Of a stretch of DNA of 64,000 nt, positions 61,810 through 64,000 are shown one piece after another. The translations under genes and the position numbers were made by a program. The notes below the pieces were generated by a model. It searched no databases, was not told the origin of the DNA, and worked only from the letters and a program-made list of their open reading frames with translations. The stretch is taken from assembly GCA_946184295.1 (NCBI GenBank), contig CAMHEZ010000001.1, positions 137,977 through 201,976 on the forward strand, in the 5' to 3' direction. This DNA comes from an uncultured Clostridia bacterium. Its GTDB lineage: Bacteria > Bacillota > Clostridia > Oscillospirales > Acutalibacteraceae. How positions within the stretch are numbered: the first letter of the stretch is position 1; every line of letters starts with the position of its first letter.

Positions 61810-63213
61810 ATGTCAAAAAAACGGGTCGATTCAGTCAATTTCAGCCGTTCCACTGCGGCGGTCAGTGTGTTCGTACTGGCAACGGTGCTGGTGGTGAGCC
61901 TTGTTGCCGTAATTGGCATGAACTGGGATACTGTAAGTAGTAAAATGGCTCATTTTGTGTCGGATTCCTCCGCGACGTCACCGTCGGACACGTCGCATGA
62001 GGAGAAAGTTCCGCCGCTGACGCTTGCTTCACAGGCCACCATCTCGGTGACAGGTGACGTCATCGGACATATGCCGATGGTCACGGCGGCGTACAATACC
62101 AAGACCAGAAGCTACAATTTCGACAATATCTTTACCTACATACAGAAATATGCCTCGGATTCCGACTACGCCATCGCCAACCTTGAAACCACTCTGCGCG
62201 GCACCGAGGGAGGCGACAAGTACCGCGGCTATCCTCTCTTTAACACGCCGGACGCCATTGCCGACGCGCTCAAAAAGGCGCAGTTCGACATGCTGCTCAC
62301 CGCCAACAACCATTCCTATGACTCCGGTCTCAAGGGCATCACACGTACAGTGGAAGTACTGGACAAAAGGGGTTTTGACCATATTGGCACCGTGAAGCAG
62401 GAGAACGACAGGAGATATCTTGTCAAGGAGGTCAACGGTATCAAAATCGGCATGATGTGCTATACCTACGAAACCAGCGGTAAAAACAGCAAGACCAAAT
62501 ATCTCAATGGCATTTATATGAAACCGGAAGCTACCGGGCTGATTGATTCCTTCAATTATCATCACCTCGATAAATTCTACGACGAGCTCAGTCAGCGGCT
62601 TGCCGCCATGAAGGCCGAAGGCGCGGAAGTCACGGTACTCTTTATTCACTGGGGCGACGAATACAAGATCAAAAACAACAGCACGCAAAAGAAGATGGCG
62701 CAGAGCATCTGCGATCTGGGCATTGACGTGATTGTGGGCGGCCATCCGCACGTCATTCAGCCCGTGGAGCTGCTCACTTCCAAGGACAACACGCATAAAA
62801 CCGTCTGTCTGTACTCCATGGGCAACGCCGTCTCCAATCAGCGCAAAGACCGCGCCGCCATTAAGACCGGTCACACGGAGGACGGCTGTCTGTTCAGCGT
62901 CACCTTCAACAAATACAGCGATGGCCGCGTGATTGTAGCGGACACCGAGCTGCTGCCGACATGGGTCAACCTCTTCACTGATTCCAAAACCGGCAAAAAG
63001 GTCTATCAGATCGTTCCGCTGGACAAGTCGGTCGCCAATTGGAAGACCACCTTCCACATGAGCGACGCGGCTGCCAAGAGCGCGGAACAATCCTACAACC
63101 GCACGGTCGAAATCACCGGTAAGGGCATGGCGGAAGCGCAGTCCTACTGCCGCGGTCAGGCCAAGGCCATTCTCAGCGACAGTGATCTGCCCGCCGTCAA
63201 AAAAGCCGCGTAG
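61810..63213 (+). CDS. CapA-family (poly-gamma-glutamate/capsule synthesis, metallophosphatase fold) membrane-anchored protein
   Basis: N-terminal TM, GDVIGHMP, ANLETTL, LTANNHSYDSG, GGHPHVIQP and YSMGN motifs. Confidence 0.85.
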   Translation: MSKKRVDSVNFSRSTAAVSVFVLATVLVVSLVAVIGMNWDTVSSKMAHFVSDSSATSPSDTSHEEKVPPLTLASQATISVTGDVIGHMPMVTAAYNTKTRSYNFDNIFTYIQKYASDSDYAIANLETTLRGTEGGDKYRGYPLFNTPDAIADALKKAQFDMLLTANNHSYDSGLKGITRTVEVLDKRGFDHIGTVKQENDRRYLVKEVNGIKIGMMCYTYETSGKNSKTKYLNGIYMKPEATGLIDSFNYHHLDKFYDELSQRLAAMKAEGAEVTVLFIHWGDEYKIKNNSTQKKMAQSICDLGIDVIVGGHPHVIQPVELLTSKDNTHKTVCLYSMGNAVSNQRKDRAAIKTGHTEDGCLFSVTFNKYSDGRVIVADTELLPTWVNLFTDSKTGKKVYQIVPLDKSVANWKTTFHMSDAAAKSAEQSYNRTVEITGKGMAEAQSYCRGQAKAILSDSDLPAVKKAA

Positions 63214-63224
63214 TTCCGGCACAA

Positions 63225-63284
63225 CCAAAAAAGCCGTCTCCGAAATCCCTTTCCGCAGAAAGGAATCGGAGACGGCATTTTTAT
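63225..63284 (+). terminator. Intrinsic terminator after capA-like gene
   Basis: GCCGTCTCCGA (63233-63243) pairs with TCGGAGACGGC (63266-63276), followed by ATTTTTA. Confidence 0.75.
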
Positions 63285-63408
63285 GTTACGTCATCGGAAG
63301 AGAAACCTTAGGAACTGTCATGAAATAACTTGAACAGAAATCCTCGACAAACATCGTATAATCGGGATTGTTTTTCGAGAAATGTTCAACTTATTTTTCA
63401 ACAGAGCC

Positions 63409-64000
63409 TTATTTAATCTTCATGATGGCGGCGTTAGACTTGACGGAATTGCCGAATTTATCGGTCACGATGCAGCGGACGTAGCGGCCGTTGTTGGCGT
63501 CTGTCACAGCAGCGGCATAATTGGCAGTCTTGGCGGAGCTGTTGCGCCAGGTCTTGCCCTGATCGTCGCTGAGCTGCCACTGATAGGTCAGACCGCTGCC
63601 GGTCGCCTCTACCTTGAAAGAGGCGGTGCTGCCCTTGGCCACCTTGGCATTGACGGGCTGCGCGGTGATTTTCAGCGTGGTGAGTTTCATGATGGCGGCG
63701 TTGGACTTGACGGAATTGCCGAATTTATCCGTGACAACGCAGCGCACATAACGGCCGTTGTTGGTATCCGTGACTGCGGCACTGTAGTTTGCAGTCTTGG
63801 TCGAGCTGTTGCGCCATGTCTTACCCTGATCGTCGCTGAGCTGCCACTGATAGGTCAGACCGCTGCCGTTGGCCATCACCTTGAAAGACGCTGTTGCGCC
63901 GTTTTTGACGGTCTGGTTGACCGGCTGCGATGTGATGGCCAGATTGGTGAATTTCATGATGGCTGCATTGGATTTGACGGAATTGCCGAACTGATCAGTG
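63409..64000 (-). CDS. Ig-like tandem-repeat surface protein, 3' end only (continues beyond the window)
   Basis: The open frame runs to the window edge. It has 267-bp (89-aa) tandem units: ITAQPVN..V.KG.TASFKV.A.GSGLTYQWQLSDDQGKTWRNSS.KTANY.AAVTD.NNGRYVRC.VTDKFGNSVKSNAAIMK. Confidence 0.7.
   Translation of the reverse strand, partial: TDQFGNSVKSNAAIMKFTNLAITSQPVNQTVKNGATASFKVMANGSGLTYQWQLSDDQGKTWRNSSTKTANYSAAVTDTNNGRYVRCVVTDKFGNSVKSNAAIMKLTTLKITAQPVNAKVAKGSTASFKVEATGSGLTYQWQLSDDQGKTWRNSSAKTANYAAAVTDANNGRYVRCIVTDKFGNSVKSNAAIMKIK

Overview
All calls below come from reading the sequence and the ORF track; no database search was run. Functions rest on motif recognition.

**Organism and layout.** The window looks like a high-GC (by eye about 55-60%) chromosome segment of a spore-forming Clostridia, Oscillospiraceae/Ruminococcaceae-like. 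It carries SpoVT, Tex, IlvD, FolB/FolK, an LCP ligase and YfhO.

**Bases 1-35,400.** This half is housekeeping genes interleaved with small accessory modules:
- two visibly AT-richer XRE + SLOG/DUF1273 cassettes
- an Rpn-type PD-(D/E)XK nuclease gene sitting between duplicated terminators
- a protein with a C-terminal TIR domain and a TIR-like N-terminal domain
- an SdpR/SdpI pair
- a PadR-DUF1700-DUF4097 trio
- three tandem zinc-ribbon membrane proteins
- a tRNA-Thr/tRNA-Tyr pair
- two families of intergenic repeats

**Bases 35,500-64,000.** This half is a cell-surface/adhesion island:
- a 4,662-aa sortase-anchored protein with a subtilisin (S8) head, a D24/K9 charge block and about 23 tandem Cys/His mini-modules that I cannot place in a named family
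- a beta-propeller/Y_Y_Y sensor fused to an HD-GYP c-di-GMP phosphodiesterase
- a Streptococcus-FCT-like pilus operon (small pilin, backbone pilin, class B sortase, 1.8-kaa tip adhesin) behind a roughly 200-nt leader that contains an intrinsic terminator
- CapA
- the 3' end of an Ig-repeat protein

**Best candidate for a new system.** I would look first at the Cys/His module array together with the HD-GYP sensor, the leader attenuator and the pilus operon.

**Caveats.** Three genes (SLOG paralog 2, the small pilin, the tip adhesin) show single-base homopolymer frame breaks, all fixable by adding one base. This could be phase variation but is equally consistent with assembly indel error. Long antisense ORFs are GC3 shadows.
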